32,000 nucleotides of DNA, taken from the NCBI RefSeq assembly GCF_001017655.1, contig NZ_CP010904.1, forward strand, positions 2,430,001 through 2,462,000, read 5' to 3'. Made by a program: the position numbers and the translations under genes. This DNA comes from Kiritimatiella glycovorans (GTDB taxonomy: Bacteria > Verrucomicrobiota > Kiritimatiellia > Kiritimatiellales > Kiritimatiellaceae). The notes under the pieces were generated by a model. The model searched no databases. It was not told the origin of the DNA and saw only the letters and a list, made by a program, of their open reading frames with translations. This document shows positions 1 through 8,847 of this stretch, one piece after another (the first letter of the stretch is position 1; every line of letters starts with the position of its first letter).

Positions 1-656
1 ATCCCGAACTCCCGTTTTACCCGCGCAATGTACGCAGGGCTTCCGAGCGCCAGTTTTTCGCTCCAATAATACTCACGGCTCAGCAACGAACCTCGTTCGC
101 GGATTGCCGCATCCACACGCTCCCTTCGCCAGGCGCTCAGTTCCTCTTGATTAGATAACCCCGCCAGTTGCACCAGCAGGCTTCGGTCAATTCGCCCGTA
201 TCTCTTCGGTCTGCGCTCAAGCTCATGGTACCCGCCAAAGGACCATTCCGAGGGATGCCTGACCACTCCGGCCCGAACCATATTCAGGTCGATATAGGTC
301 ATACAGCGCCTCAAGTGGGTGCCATTTTCCACGGCCGTCGCGTGATAGCGGTCTTCCCAGAATGCTCCCTGGCGATGCTTACGCGCGTTATATTCCTGCG
401 CCACACGGCCCGCCATAAGCTGCATCGCGCGGGGAATGGCCATCCGGTTGCCGGAACCGTGTACCAGAAGATGGATGTGATTTGACGTCACCACGTAATT
501 GAGCACCTGAAGCCCATATCGTTTTTTCGCCTCAAACAACCAGTGCATCCAACGCCGTCGGTCTCTCGCGAAACGAAACAGAAATTCGCGCTTGTGACAC
601 CGGTGCGTCAGGTGCCAGGTGTGACCGGGAAGGTAGAAGCGGTGGGGGCGGACCAT
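1..656 (-). CDS. REP-associated tyrosine transposase-like protein (RayT / IS200-IS605 Y1 TnpA family); the 3' end runs off the left edge of the window
   Basis: Hand translation of the minus strand from the ATG at 656 gives MVRPHRFYLPGHTWHLTHRCHKREFLF...VVTSNHIHLLVHG...CMTYIDLNMVRAGVV. It has an HUH-type motif (HIH) and a downstream Y-x-D-x-N-x-V-R-AG tyrosine motif typical of Y1 transposases. The frame stays open to base 1. It is absent from the ORF track because no stop lies inside the window. Confidence 0.75.
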   Translation of the reverse strand, partial: MVRPHRFYLPGHTWHLTHRCHKREFLFRFARDRRRWMHWLFEAKKRYGLQVLNYVVTSNHIHLLVHGSGNRMAIPRAMQLMAGRVAQEYNARKHRQGAFWEDRYHATAVENGTHLRRCMTYIDLNMVRAGVVRHPSEWSFGGYHELERRPKRYGRIDRSLLVQLAGLSNQEELSAWRRERVDAAIRERGSLLSREYYWSEKLALGSPAYIARVKREFG

Positions 657-824
657 GGCGTAACCTTGCCACCTGCCCCCCTTGTCGTCAACGCGCCCGC
701 GCTTAGAACTTCGTTTTTAGGGCCGTAATTGATCCCCTAAGACCAAACAAGCGATTTCAACACACGATTACTCATTCTATTTGAACCGCTTACGGGGGTC
801 AGACCCCGTTTCACTACAGCGGCA

Positions 825-3233
825 CGGATCATCCCCACGCGTGTGGGGAGAACGGTCGCGGCTAGCGCCATGAGGCTGAGGATATAGGATCATCCCCACG
901 CGTGTGGGGAGAACTTTTCTTTGGTTGGTTATCCGATTGCATGAAGAGGATCATCCCCACGCGTGTGGGGAGAACGCTAGCGGAAATCGACAAGACACGC
1001 GCAGTGACGGATCATCCCCACGCGTGTGGGGAGAACGAAACTAAAAGCGGTGTCATTCCAAGTAAAGTCGGATCATCCCCACGCGTGTGGGGAGAACTCC
1101 CACAGGGTTTTGTCGGCGTTGTCGCTGTACGGATCATCCCCACGCGTGTGGGGAGAACATATTTTCGGAAGTTACAAGGAAAACAAATATCGGATCATCC
1201 CCACGCGTGTGGGGAGAACTCCTCAATTGGATTGTTAAGTCGAACTTGGTTCGGATCATCCCCACGCGTGTGGGGAGAACCCACGCCAAGGCGCAACGCT
1301 ATTACCGACAAACGGATCATCCCCACGCGTGTGGGGAGAACCCACCATGATTTAATGAATAAACCCGATTGTTCGGATCATCCCCACGCGTGTGGGGAGA
1401 ACTCCACAATTGTTACGACGAAACGCGGTATATGCGGATCATCCCCACGCGTGTGGGGAGAACTCTTTCAGGTCGGTCGCTTCTTGCGGTTCCAACGGAT
1501 CATCCCCACGCGTGTGGGGAGAACGGGGGGTTGTTTTCTTGGGGAAATAAAAGCCGACCATCATCCCCACGCGTGTGGGGAGAACGGAGCAGCATGAGGC
1601 CAACGTCAATGCTCACTCGGATCATCCCCACGCGTGTGGGGAGAACGAACAGCGACTTGCGACGACGCCATGTTTTGTCGGATCATCCCCACGCGTGTGG
1701 GGAGAACCCTAATTTGCCGTTGGGTTGCCAAGGTCTTGGCGGATCATCCCCACGCGTGTGGGGAGAACTGCCCTCTATGTTCCGCACCTTCATTTTGCGC
1801 CGGATCATCCCCACGCGTGTGGGGAGAACGCATCGAATTGCAACCCTGTCGAACTCGATCTCGGATCATCCCCACGCGTGTGGGGAGAACCAGATCAGAT
1901 CCGCGGAAGTGCTGGTAAAGAACGGATCATCCCCACGCGTGTGGGGAGAACGTTTGCAAGTGCTCCAGATAGGGTGAGTTTGCCGGATCATCCCCACGCG
2001 TGTGGGGAGAACGTTGTGGTGCTCATCATCATCTCTCCGTCCTCCGGATCATCCCCACGCGTGTGGGGAGAACTCGGCAGCGGCGCGGTGTACAGGGTCA
2101 TCTGACGGATCATCCCCACGCGTGTGGGGAGAACTACACCCTGCGGTCCGCCATAGACCGTAAACACGGATCATCCCCACGCGTGTGGGGAGAACTAGCA
2201 TCGCGCCGACGTACTGCCAATCAATGTCGGATCATCCCCACGCGTGTGGGGAGAACCTGCTAAGCAGGCAGGCATCGGGTTTAAGACACGGATCATCCCC
2301 ACGCGTGTGGGGAGAACCAACACACATCACGCGGCCGTCGGCGGGTGCAGCGGATCATCCCCACGCGTGTGGGGAGAACAGTGGGTTTTTCTCTCACTGT
2401 CTAAGAGGGAACGGATCATCCCCACGCGTGTGGGGAGAACGGAGACAGGCGAAACCATACCGGGCGAAGGTGCGGATCATCCCCACGCGTGTGGGGAGAA
2501 CGTTGACCGCGACCTAATCGACTACCCAGCATTCGGATCATCCCCACGCGTGTGGGGAGAACTGCACAACATTCTCGATGCGTTCAAGATAAATCGGATC
2601 ATCCCCACGCGTGTGGGGAGAACTGTTCTAAAAGCGACAGACATCCAGATGCGCGCGGATCATCCCCACGCGTGTGGGGAGAACTAAAAGATGAACGGCA
2701 CGTTGTTGTCCATAGCCGGATCATCCCCACGCGTGTGGGGAGAACATCGCCAGCGGCTTCTCGCAAACGTGCTTGCCCGGATCATCCCCACGCGTGTGGG
2801 GAGAACGCCAAGCGCCACGTCGGAACGGTATGGCAGAACGGATCATCCCCACGCGTGTGGGGAGAACGTCTCTCGCGTGTGCGCAAAGAAAGGGTGGAGC
2901 GGATCATCCCCACGCGTGTGGGGAGAACAAAGGCGGGGGCGGAACAGGGCACGCTGAAGTCGGATCATCCCCACGCGTGTGGGGAGAACTATTTATTACT
3001 ACAGACAGACACGACAATTTACGGATCATCCCCACGCGTGTGGGGAGAACTGGCCCGTGTTATTTTTATTCATGTCTCTTTCCGGATCATCCCCACGCGT
3101 GTGGGGAGAACTTCAAAGCGTGCTTCCGTGGTGTTGTAAGTGACGGATCATCCCCACGCGTGTGGGGAGAACGGCATGGGAGGGCCTGCGGACAAGTCGG
3201 GTTTCGGATCATCCCCACGCGTGTGGGGAGAAC
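825..3233 (-). CRISPR. Type I-E CRISPR array with 40 repeats of 29 nt and 39 unique spacers (38 of 32 nt, one of 33 nt at 2318-2350)
   Basis: The plus-strand repeat is CGGATCATCCCCACGCGTGTGGGGAGAAC, which reads GTTCTCCCCACACGCGTGGGGATGATCCG on the minus strand. It has a 6-bp CCCCAC/GTGGGG stem and the overall shape of E. coli-type I-E repeats. Period is 61 nt from 825 to 2289, then a 1-nt shift, then 61 nt again from 2351 to 3205. Orientation is inferred from the adjacent minus-strand cas2 and the AT-rich leader at 3234-3282. Confidence 0.97.
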
Positions 3234-3282
3234 AGCGACATTTTGTATCGCCGTTTATCTATTTACACAACATATTCGTTTT
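3234..3282 (-). promoter_or_regulatory. CRISPR leader, only 49 nt between the cas2 stop and the first repeat. Candidate sigma70-like promoter: -35 TTGTGT (3265-3270), 17-nt spacer, -10 TACAAA (3242-3247), read on the minus strand
   Basis: AT-rich stretch directly abutting the leader-proximal repeat at 3205-3233. The hexamers were found by eye and match consensus at 3/6 and 4/6. Confidence 0.35.
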
Positions 3283-3582
3283 TCAAAGATCATCATCTCG
3301 CGAATCACTCCATTCTTCCGCGATTAGATAGAGGCCGGAGTACTGGCATTCTTTGCGACACGTTTTTCCGAATGTTCTGATTTTGAACCCTTGGCTTGAT
3401 CTTTCTGGTGCGATAATGAGCATCCCCAGCCCTGGGGAATTACGCCGAATATACTGGATGGTCTTTTCGCGGGTTCTCATGTTGACTGAACCCACAAATA
3501 CGTTTGGTTTTGGCTCGATGAACCAGCGCTTAAGATGCCCCCGAATGCGATCCGGCGTGTTGTTGCATATGATTACGGTCAT
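3283..3582 (-). CDS. cas2: CRISPR-associated endoribonuclease Cas2 (I-E type)
   Basis: Translation reads MTVIICNNTPDRIRGHLKRWFIEPKPNVFVGSV... I chose the internal Met of track ORF 3283..3615 because its ATG forms an ATGA overlap with the cas1 stop (3579-3582). It is the last gene before the array. Confidence 0.85.
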   Translation of the reverse strand: MTVIICNNTPDRIRGHLKRWFIEPKPNVFVGSVNMRTREKTIQYIRRNSPGLGMLIIAPERSSQGFKIRTFGKTCRKECQYSGLYLIAEEWSDSRDDDL

Positions 3583-4412
3583 CGCATATATTCCTCTATG
3601 TCGCGAGGGATGCATTGCAAAAGCTTCTTCGCTTCGATCTCCTTCTTAAGTTCGGCCAGCACTTCTGAGCTACCGGCCTCCGGATGTTTGCTGACTGCAG
3701 AAAAAGCAGCCGGAAGTGAAGTCACAGGCTTATACACATCCGCAACATCGAAGATGAACGGCCAAGTCCCGGATGTGTGTATAAATCCAAGGCTCGGGAG
3801 ATATCCCATGGAACACACGATAGAAGCGGTTAAAGCGTAGAGACCTGCGTTCGCAGCAGAGACCGCTTTATTGATATTGTCCGCCACGTCCCAGTTGTCG
3901 GGATTGTACTGACGCCCTTTCCAGGAAATACCGTATCTGGCACCCATTTTTTTATATAGTGCACGAACTCGATGCCCCTCCATGCCGCGAAGTTCAGGAA
4001 CGCTTTTGCCTTCTAAATCGACATCGGGAAATCGTTTTTTAAACATGCGCCTTGCAACTTCCGCGCTTCGAGATTTCGATGCATGAAGGCGACTCTGGAG
4101 ACGGGCTCGACTGTTATCATGGGTGGGCGTGATCCCTGCAGCATAAAAACGAATGGACTCATCGCCCACCCAGCATACAGGCGTATTACAATCAGCGCAT
4201 GCCTTTATCGCGGCATGAGTAATGGATGTTCCGGGGCCGAGCAAAACTGCACTCACCGTGGCAACGGGCACGCGCAAAACCGTACGATCGGCTCCGATCC
4301 ACTTCACGCTGGAGTCATCCACCTCTATTCTTCCATGCTCGAAATAGATCGGCGTCCAGCGTTCTTTCGAAGGAGCCAGTGTCTCTTTCGGGGGTCTTTC
4401 AAAGATAGGCAT
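3579..4412 (-). CDS. cas1: CRISPR-associated integrase Cas1 (I-E type)
   Basis: 277 aa. The N-terminal region ...IYFEHGRIEVDDSSVKWIGADRTVLRVPVATVSAVLLGPGTSITHAAIKACADCNTPVCWVGDESIRFYAAG aligns by eye with E. coli Cas1 (MIFLQYGQIDV...LEPGTRVSHAAVRLAAQVG..LVWVGEAGVRVYASG). Confidence 0.92.
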   Translation of the reverse strand: MPIFERPPKETLAPSKERWTPIYFEHGRIEVDDSSVKWIGADRTVLRVPVATVSAVLLGPGTSITHAAIKACADCNTPVCWVGDESIRFYAAGITPTHDNSRARLQSRLHASKSRSAEVARRMFKKRFPDVDLEGKSVPELRGMEGHRVRALYKKMGARYGISWKGRQYNPDNWDVADNINKAVSAANAGLYALTASIVCSMGYLPSLGFIHTSGTWPFIFDVADVYKPVTSLPAAFSAVSKHPEAGSSEVLAELKKEIEAKKLLQCIPRDIEEYMR

Positions 4413-4415
4413 GGA

Positions 4416-5090
4416 TCAATCCAATACTTCATCCGCAACCCTACGGGTTCGAAATTCTCGCTCGAAAAAATTCACGGGGCAATCCATAAGGGATACTGAT
4501 CCATCCTCGAACGAATCTGCATCGCGTACCACACGCCACCTATTTGCCGTATCTCCTTCCGGAACCATTTCGCGCAAACGAGCTTCCGCTGCTTCCTGCG
4601 AACTGAAAATACCCTCACAGACACGAGCGGCTGGCGGGCAACATTTCCGACCAAACCAGATCCCCCATCTCGGATCTTGAAGAGCATTCTCGCAGAACTG
4701 AAGTGTCGCGATACTTCCGGAAAGCAAAACCCCGAACTTGCAGTCCAGCAAATATTCCCGATCGGTGAGAATTGCGATGGATTGCTCACTTTTGCCCGAA
4801 AAAGAACACCCTGGATTCTTAGACAAATCATATCCGCCACCTACCGTATGATAATCAATCATACGCTCTCCGGAATTCCTCAAGGTGTATACCCTCATTC
4901 TCAATCCCGCAAGCCGGGCAATCCCGTTTTCATCATCGCGCTCAATACCGCACGCAGCGCAGAGCATACCGACAATTCCGCTCTTGACGGGCCAGCTTGC
5001 ACTTGCTCTTCGATTATAACGGCTGGAATACCCCCAAGCCTGCATGGGAGCATCCAGATAGAGTAACAGGCATTTATCAGACATTCTCAA
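4416..5090 (-). CDS. cas5: Cascade subunit Cas5e (CasD)
   Basis: Translation reads MRMSDKCLLLYLDAPMQAWGYSSRYNRR...PVKSGIVGMLCAACGIERDD. The signatures L.GPMQAWG and SG..G.L.A.LGI.RDD are shared with E. coli CasD. The start could instead be the Met at 5084. The gene overlaps the cas7 stop. Confidence 0.88.
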   Translation of the reverse strand: MRMSDKCLLLYLDAPMQAWGYSSRYNRRASASWPVKSGIVGMLCAACGIERDDENGIARLAGLRMRVYTLRNSGERMIDYHTVGGGYDLSKNPGCSFSGKSEQSIAILTDREYLLDCKFGVLLSGSIATLQFCENALQDPRWGIWFGRKCCPPAARVCEGIFSSQEAAEARLREMVPEGDTANRWRVVRDADSFEDGSVSLMDCPVNFFEREFRTRRVADEVLD

Positions 5091-6147
5091 CCAGCCCCCT
5101 GCAGAAGTTATCCAGTGATTTCTCCGGAATCCACAGCGCCGTCACAGGTTCATAGCCATAGGTATCCCGCATCCACTCGAATTTTTCCTTCATCCTTTTC
5201 ACAGAGTTTTCGATATAGCCGTCCCCCCCGGCGTCAACGGTTCTTTCAAACGCGTTTGCCAGTGAGACAGGTTGACCTTCCCTGACGGTGCCAAGCACAC
5301 ACTCCGGGGGGTTAAAGCCCATCATAGAATTCTTTCGCGCATGGGGAACCGCGAGAAGCGCTGCCCGAATGAAGGACTCTATAACCTGACTGAACTCCTC
5401 ATCCGCCAGACAACCCAGATGCGACTCACTTCTGAGGAGATCAAGGTTCAAGGCCATATAGCGATAATAGCAGGCCGAATTAAACTCATTCGCCCCCATG
5501 TGTCCGACGCCTTCGATATCCTCCGGATTACAATCGTCGACCGCTGTGAAAAAATCGATCTCGTTGCTTACGCGGTGCGTAGAAATAGCGTGACTAAACA
5601 TACCGGCGCCTTCCAGTGTAAGCGAATGATCGTCGGCCACCATTCGCCCAAATATCGATATATCAGCCTTGTCATGAACCGGTATCGATGTATCATCCTT
5701 GTCACGAACCGGGCCTCTCAGGGTCTGGATCGCCGTCCTGACCTTCTTTTTGACGTCCTGCTCTTTGCAGTAGGCGCTCGCAAGCGCTTCAACCTCCATG
5801 GGCGTGATATAAAATAGCGTCTTTACCGCGCCCTCGTGTTTTTTATCCTTTTTACCCAATCCGCCTTTCACCAAGTCTTCCGCCGCTTTCGCGGCGGCAT
5901 CTTCGTCAAATCCCTCTTTGACAAGTGCATCCTTGAGAGCCGGAATAATATAGCGAGTCCGGTCTCCTCCAAAGAACTCCGAAGCAGTTTCCTTTGCCAT
6001 CATTCGAATGGCGCGCTTCCAGCACTGCGAGCTGACCCGGGCACGCTGTACGCCGCCGAAAACGGCTGTCTTCGGTGCTCCCACGTCGTCGCGATTCAGA
6101 CAACTCACGGGGAATGATTGCAGGATGTGAAGTTCGAGCGTCTTCAT
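5077..6147 (-). CDS. cas7: Cascade backbone subunit Cas7e (CasC)
   Basis: I chose the internal start MKTLELHILQSFPVSCLNRDDVGAPKTAVFGGVQRARVSSQCWKRAIR, which compares with E. coli CasC [41 protein letters not shown]. An AAGGAGAA ribosome-binding site lies 6 nt upstream of the ATG at 6147. The longer track ORF (to 6246) would overlap cas6e. Confidence 0.9.
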   Translation of the reverse strand: MKTLELHILQSFPVSCLNRDDVGAPKTAVFGGVQRARVSSQCWKRAIRMMAKETASEFFGGDRTRYIIPALKDALVKEGFDEDAAAKAAEDLVKGGLGKKDKKHEGAVKTLFYITPMEVEALASAYCKEQDVKKKVRTAIQTLRGPVRDKDDTSIPVHDKADISIFGRMVADDHSLTLEGAGMFSHAISTHRVSNEIDFFTAVDDCNPEDIEGVGHMGANEFNSACYYRYMALNLDLLRSESHLGCLADEEFSQVIESFIRAALLAVPHARKNSMMGFNPPECVLGTVREGQPVSLANAFERTVDAGGDGYIENSVKRMKEKFEWMRDTYGYEPVTALWIPEKSLDNFCRGLVENV

Positions 6148-6173
6148 GTCTATTCTCCTTTTCTCTTTATTGT

Positions 6174-6767
6174 TTAGTTCGCCGGACCCAGCACAAGCAG
6201 GCCGAAGCCGAACGCCTTGGCACTGCCTATGCCTTTTTTGAAACATTCTTTAAATCGCTCTCGATTCTCAACGGCCAGTAAGCCCTGATAATCGACACGC
6301 TTGTGATTACCGCGGCGTCCCTTTTTGATAAAAGGCTGATTAATCGGAGGGCCTATCTGCGTAGCTGGCCAGTTTACAGCAAACCCACCCTGCTCTGCTT
6401 TTCTGTTCAGCCAGGCCTTCAGTTCGGATTCCTCATATATCGCAGTGCGTGTACCATTTTTGCGACCCTCCCGCTTTCGCTTAACAGTCGGATTTGCGCA
6501 CAACTGAAACCTATAGACGGGACGGCCGAGAAAAGACTCGGGAACGCGTTTCGTCTCCCACGCTCCCCAATCCGGAATTTGGGGTACGCTTTCAGAAAGC
6601 AGGTAAAGCCTGAATCCGCCGTCACATGAATCTACGCGATACAGAAAATCCCTTGTATCGTTCTGAGGGAAGACCTTCCAAAGGGCACGGTGCCACGAAT
6701 AACTGTCTTTGATTCGCAGCCGCACCGCAGTGCGAAAATCAATTCGAATACGCGTCAGGACACTCAT
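6174..6767 (-). CDS. cas6e: CRISPR repeat endoribonuclease Cas6e (CasE)
   Basis: Translation reads MSVLTRIRIDFRTAVRLRIKDSYSWHRALWKVF... with the C-terminal end ...GIGSAKAFGFGLLVLGPAN, a glycine-rich Cas6e signature. The start forms an ATGA overlap with the cse2 stop at 6764-6767. Confidence 0.85.
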   Translation of the reverse strand: MSVLTRIRIDFRTAVRLRIKDSYSWHRALWKVFPQNDTRDFLYRVDSCDGGFRLYLLSESVPQIPDWGAWETKRVPESFLGRPVYRFQLCANPTVKRKREGRKNGTRTAIYEESELKAWLNRKAEQGGFAVNWPATQIGPPINQPFIKKGRRGNHKRVDYQGLLAVENRERFKECFKKGIGSAKAFGFGLLVLGPAN

Positions 6768-7264
6768 TTCCGACCTCCTTCTGCCCCCCAGTAGGACGAA
6801 GCCCATTTTAACTTCGGCGGATACTCGCCCTCCCACCAAAACAGATCACAATAAAGCTGTTTGTAGTTTACGGGTATATTGCTGGATTTTGCCGCACGAA
6901 CAAACCCGGCCATCCAGTTGCATATCTCTTCCGTAGTCTGGCAGGAAATTAAACGCCGAAACCTTGCCTCAAAAGAAGACAAACCGTCCTTACCATTCAT
7001 CCCAATCGCTATTTGACGCATAACTGTCCCCATATTTCCGTATACTGCTTCCTCGGGGTGCGTGGCGTACGCGGCACATACCGTTTGCACAGGAGTGCGG
7101 CTCTTATCCTCATCCAGTTGACAATACCCTGCGATGTGCGGCCATGCGCGATGTTGTTTTGCGCGACTGAATCCGCAGCGCAGGTCTGCCATAAGTCCAC
7201 GATCCTTCCTGTTGCTTCGTAAAAAGTTCATCAGACCCTCAGACTTCTCCTGCACGGTTTTCAT
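6764..7264 (-). CDS. cse2: Cascade small subunit Cse2 (CasB / Cas11e)
   Basis: 166 aa, helical and basic, containing ...RGLMADLRCGFS...WPHIAGY.... It occupies the position immediately after cse1. Confidence 0.8.
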   Translation of the reverse strand: MKTVQEKSEGLMNFLRSNRKDRGLMADLRCGFSRAKQHRAWPHIAGYCQLDEDKSRTPVQTVCAAYATHPEEAVYGNMGTVMRQIAIGMNGKDGLSSFEARFRRLISCQTTEEICNWMAGFVRAAKSSNIPVNYKQLYCDLFWWEGEYPPKLKWASSYWGAEGGRK

Positions 7265-7398
7265 ATGCCCTCCTTCCGTCGGTCTTTATTAATGCGGATA
7301 CCGGAGCCTGCAATCCAAGGCCCTTCCTTGCGTCTTGTCAGTATAGCTCACGCAAGAAAATGATCTGCGGATACAATTTTTATATCTAACGCTCATGA

Positions 7399-8847
7399 TC
7401 ACCCTTCACGGTCTTCAAGCTTCAATAATTTTATTGCTCGAGCGTATGCCTGAATCTGACGTGGTGTTTCATGGGGACAGGATTGTTTAAACGCGGAATG
7501 CATGGCGTGATGCAGCAACCTCTTCCATGCATCAAGATTTTGCTCACTGGCCGAAGCGATAGAGACAAGCATCTGATATTTCGAATCCAAAACACTCCAG
7601 TAGCGCAGAGCCGCCGTCTTAAAATAACCCCTGGAACTTGAGTTTAGCATCTTTGCATAGCTGTACTTATTACCTTGAACCGCCTTTTTGAGTGTCGCTT
7701 CGCCTTTGGATGCAAGAGCCGTTCCCTGGGCATATTTCGCAAGAGCCGCCTTCCCGAGGAATGAGGCGGGAAACGAAAAGGTCCATTCGGCCATGTCGTA
7801 TATTTTAGCCGCGCGTGCGCCCATCGCCAGCCCCCCGCACCAGATATCGACGGTCGAGTTTCCTGCATGCTCGAGATTGAGCAGGTTACATGGCGGCAAG
7901 CTTTCTGTTTTATTGTGAAGAGCCAAGATGCTTGCCAGCTCCCGCCAGACGTGTTTCGAGGGTTCGACATTTATGTACCGATGAGAACCTTTTGCTGAAT
8001 ATCTTATGGGCACATAGGGATCCCGGAAAGAACCTGCTTCATTTGAATACACATATTTTTTCGGGACCGGACCAATTATGCAGGACGTATCCTCACCATC
8101 GCCATGAAGCAAAACGAGCCTGGTCAGCGGAGTGGTTCGCCCCAAATAAGAAGAATAGGCATTATAGAACGCCTTGTCATCATTTGGAGATTTCGGCATA
8201 AATTCCCATACGGGCGTTCCCCATTCCGTGGAAATCTGCGACTTCGGTAAAAGATTAAGCCAGAGAGTTCCAAGTAAATTCTCACCCCTGATATATAGGT
8301 AAAGATTATTGAAGCATGGAGCGGCAAACGTAGACTCAGAGCTTCTTACACCAGCCCACACCGACTGCCCGATCTTTCCGCCCGCTGAGAAATTCTGGAA
8401 TACAAGCAACGCCAAAGCCTTTTGCGCATCCGTAAACCTTCGTCCCTCCTCAGCCCTTTGTCCCAGAAATATGGGATTCTCACCGATCGATGTTTCGAAC
8501 AATTTATCTAGTGACGCTTCCCTGTCTGCCGACAAGCCGGGTATTTGAAGAAATGGGTGATGACCGTACAGATCAAATATTCCAGCGCGTGAGAACAGAT
8601 AATGACGGGATTCGGATCTGATGCGATTACGACATGTTCGCAACTCCTGTTCATCTTCCGGTCCCGCTAAAGCCGCTTGAGTAATGCACAGAAGCATTCG
8701 CATTAATGCTATGCGCTGCGGGGGATTAACACCCAGGTCATGAATCTTTTCAGCGTCGCGGTAAAGCGCATCCAGCGAAATCATTTCTGACTGCCCGTTT
8801 GCAAATATGATGGGTATCCAGGGATCAGTAATAAGATTCATTTTCAT
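7399..8847 (-). CDS. cse1: Cascade large subunit Cse1 (CasA / Cas8e)
   Basis: 482 aa. The N-terminus M(KM)NLITDPWIPIIFANGQSEMISLDALY...PPQRIALMRMLLCITQAAL matches the conserved Cse1 N-terminal pattern NLL.DPWIPV...ISL......AL.RLL.AI.Q. The start overlaps the cas3 3' end (8825-8847). Confidence 0.9.
   Translation of the reverse strand: MKMNLITDPWIPIIFANGQSEMISLDALYRDAEKIHDLGVNPPQRIALMRMLLCITQAALAGPEDEQELRTCRNRIRSESRHYLFSRAGIFDLYGHHPFLQIPGLSADREASLDKLFETSIGENPIFLGQRAEEGRRFTDAQKALALLVFQNFSAGGKIGQSVWAGVRSSESTFAAPCFNNLYLYIRGENLLGTLWLNLLPKSQISTEWGTPVWEFMPKSPNDDKAFYNAYSSYLGRTTPLTRLVLLHGDGEDTSCIIGPVPKKYVYSNEAGSFRDPYVPIRYSAKGSHRYINVEPSKHVWRELASILALHNKTESLPPCNLLNLEHAGNSTVDIWCGGLAMGARAAKIYDMAEWTFSFPASFLGKAALAKYAQGTALASKGEATLKKAVQGNKYSYAKMLNSSSRGYFKTAALRYWSVLDSKYQMLVSIASASEQNLDAWKRLLHHAMHSAFKQSCPHETPRQIQAYARAIKLLKLEDREG

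Noticed and set aside
168-728. Plus-strand ORFs 168..485 and 543..728
   Set aside because: They lie antisense to the well-supported RayT-like transposase frame and have no recognisable motifs.
764-792. A possible degenerate 41st repeat one period (61 nt) beyond the last repeat
   Set aside because: Comparison by eye with the repeat consensus shows only scattered matches and no CCCCAC/GTGGGG stem.
3283-3300. GATCATCATC at the cas2 3' end resembles the GATCATCCCC start of the repeat, which could suggest an extra leader-side repeat
   Set aside because: The similarity stops after about 9 nt. The sequence encodes the Cas2 C-terminal DDDL and has no repeat stem.
3344-3356. A sigma-54-like TGGCA...TTGC element, of interest because rpoN is in the window
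   Set aside because: The GG-to-GC spacing is 10 nt, not the required 12. It also lies inside cas2, on the antisense strand.
902-3380. About twenty overlapping plus-strand ORFs (70-231 aa) full of the peptides [17 protein letters not shown] and IIPTRVGRT
   Set aside because: These peptides are the three-frame translations of the 29-nt CRISPR repeat, recurring every 61 nt. The frames are open only because repeats and spacers happen to lack stops. They are not genes.
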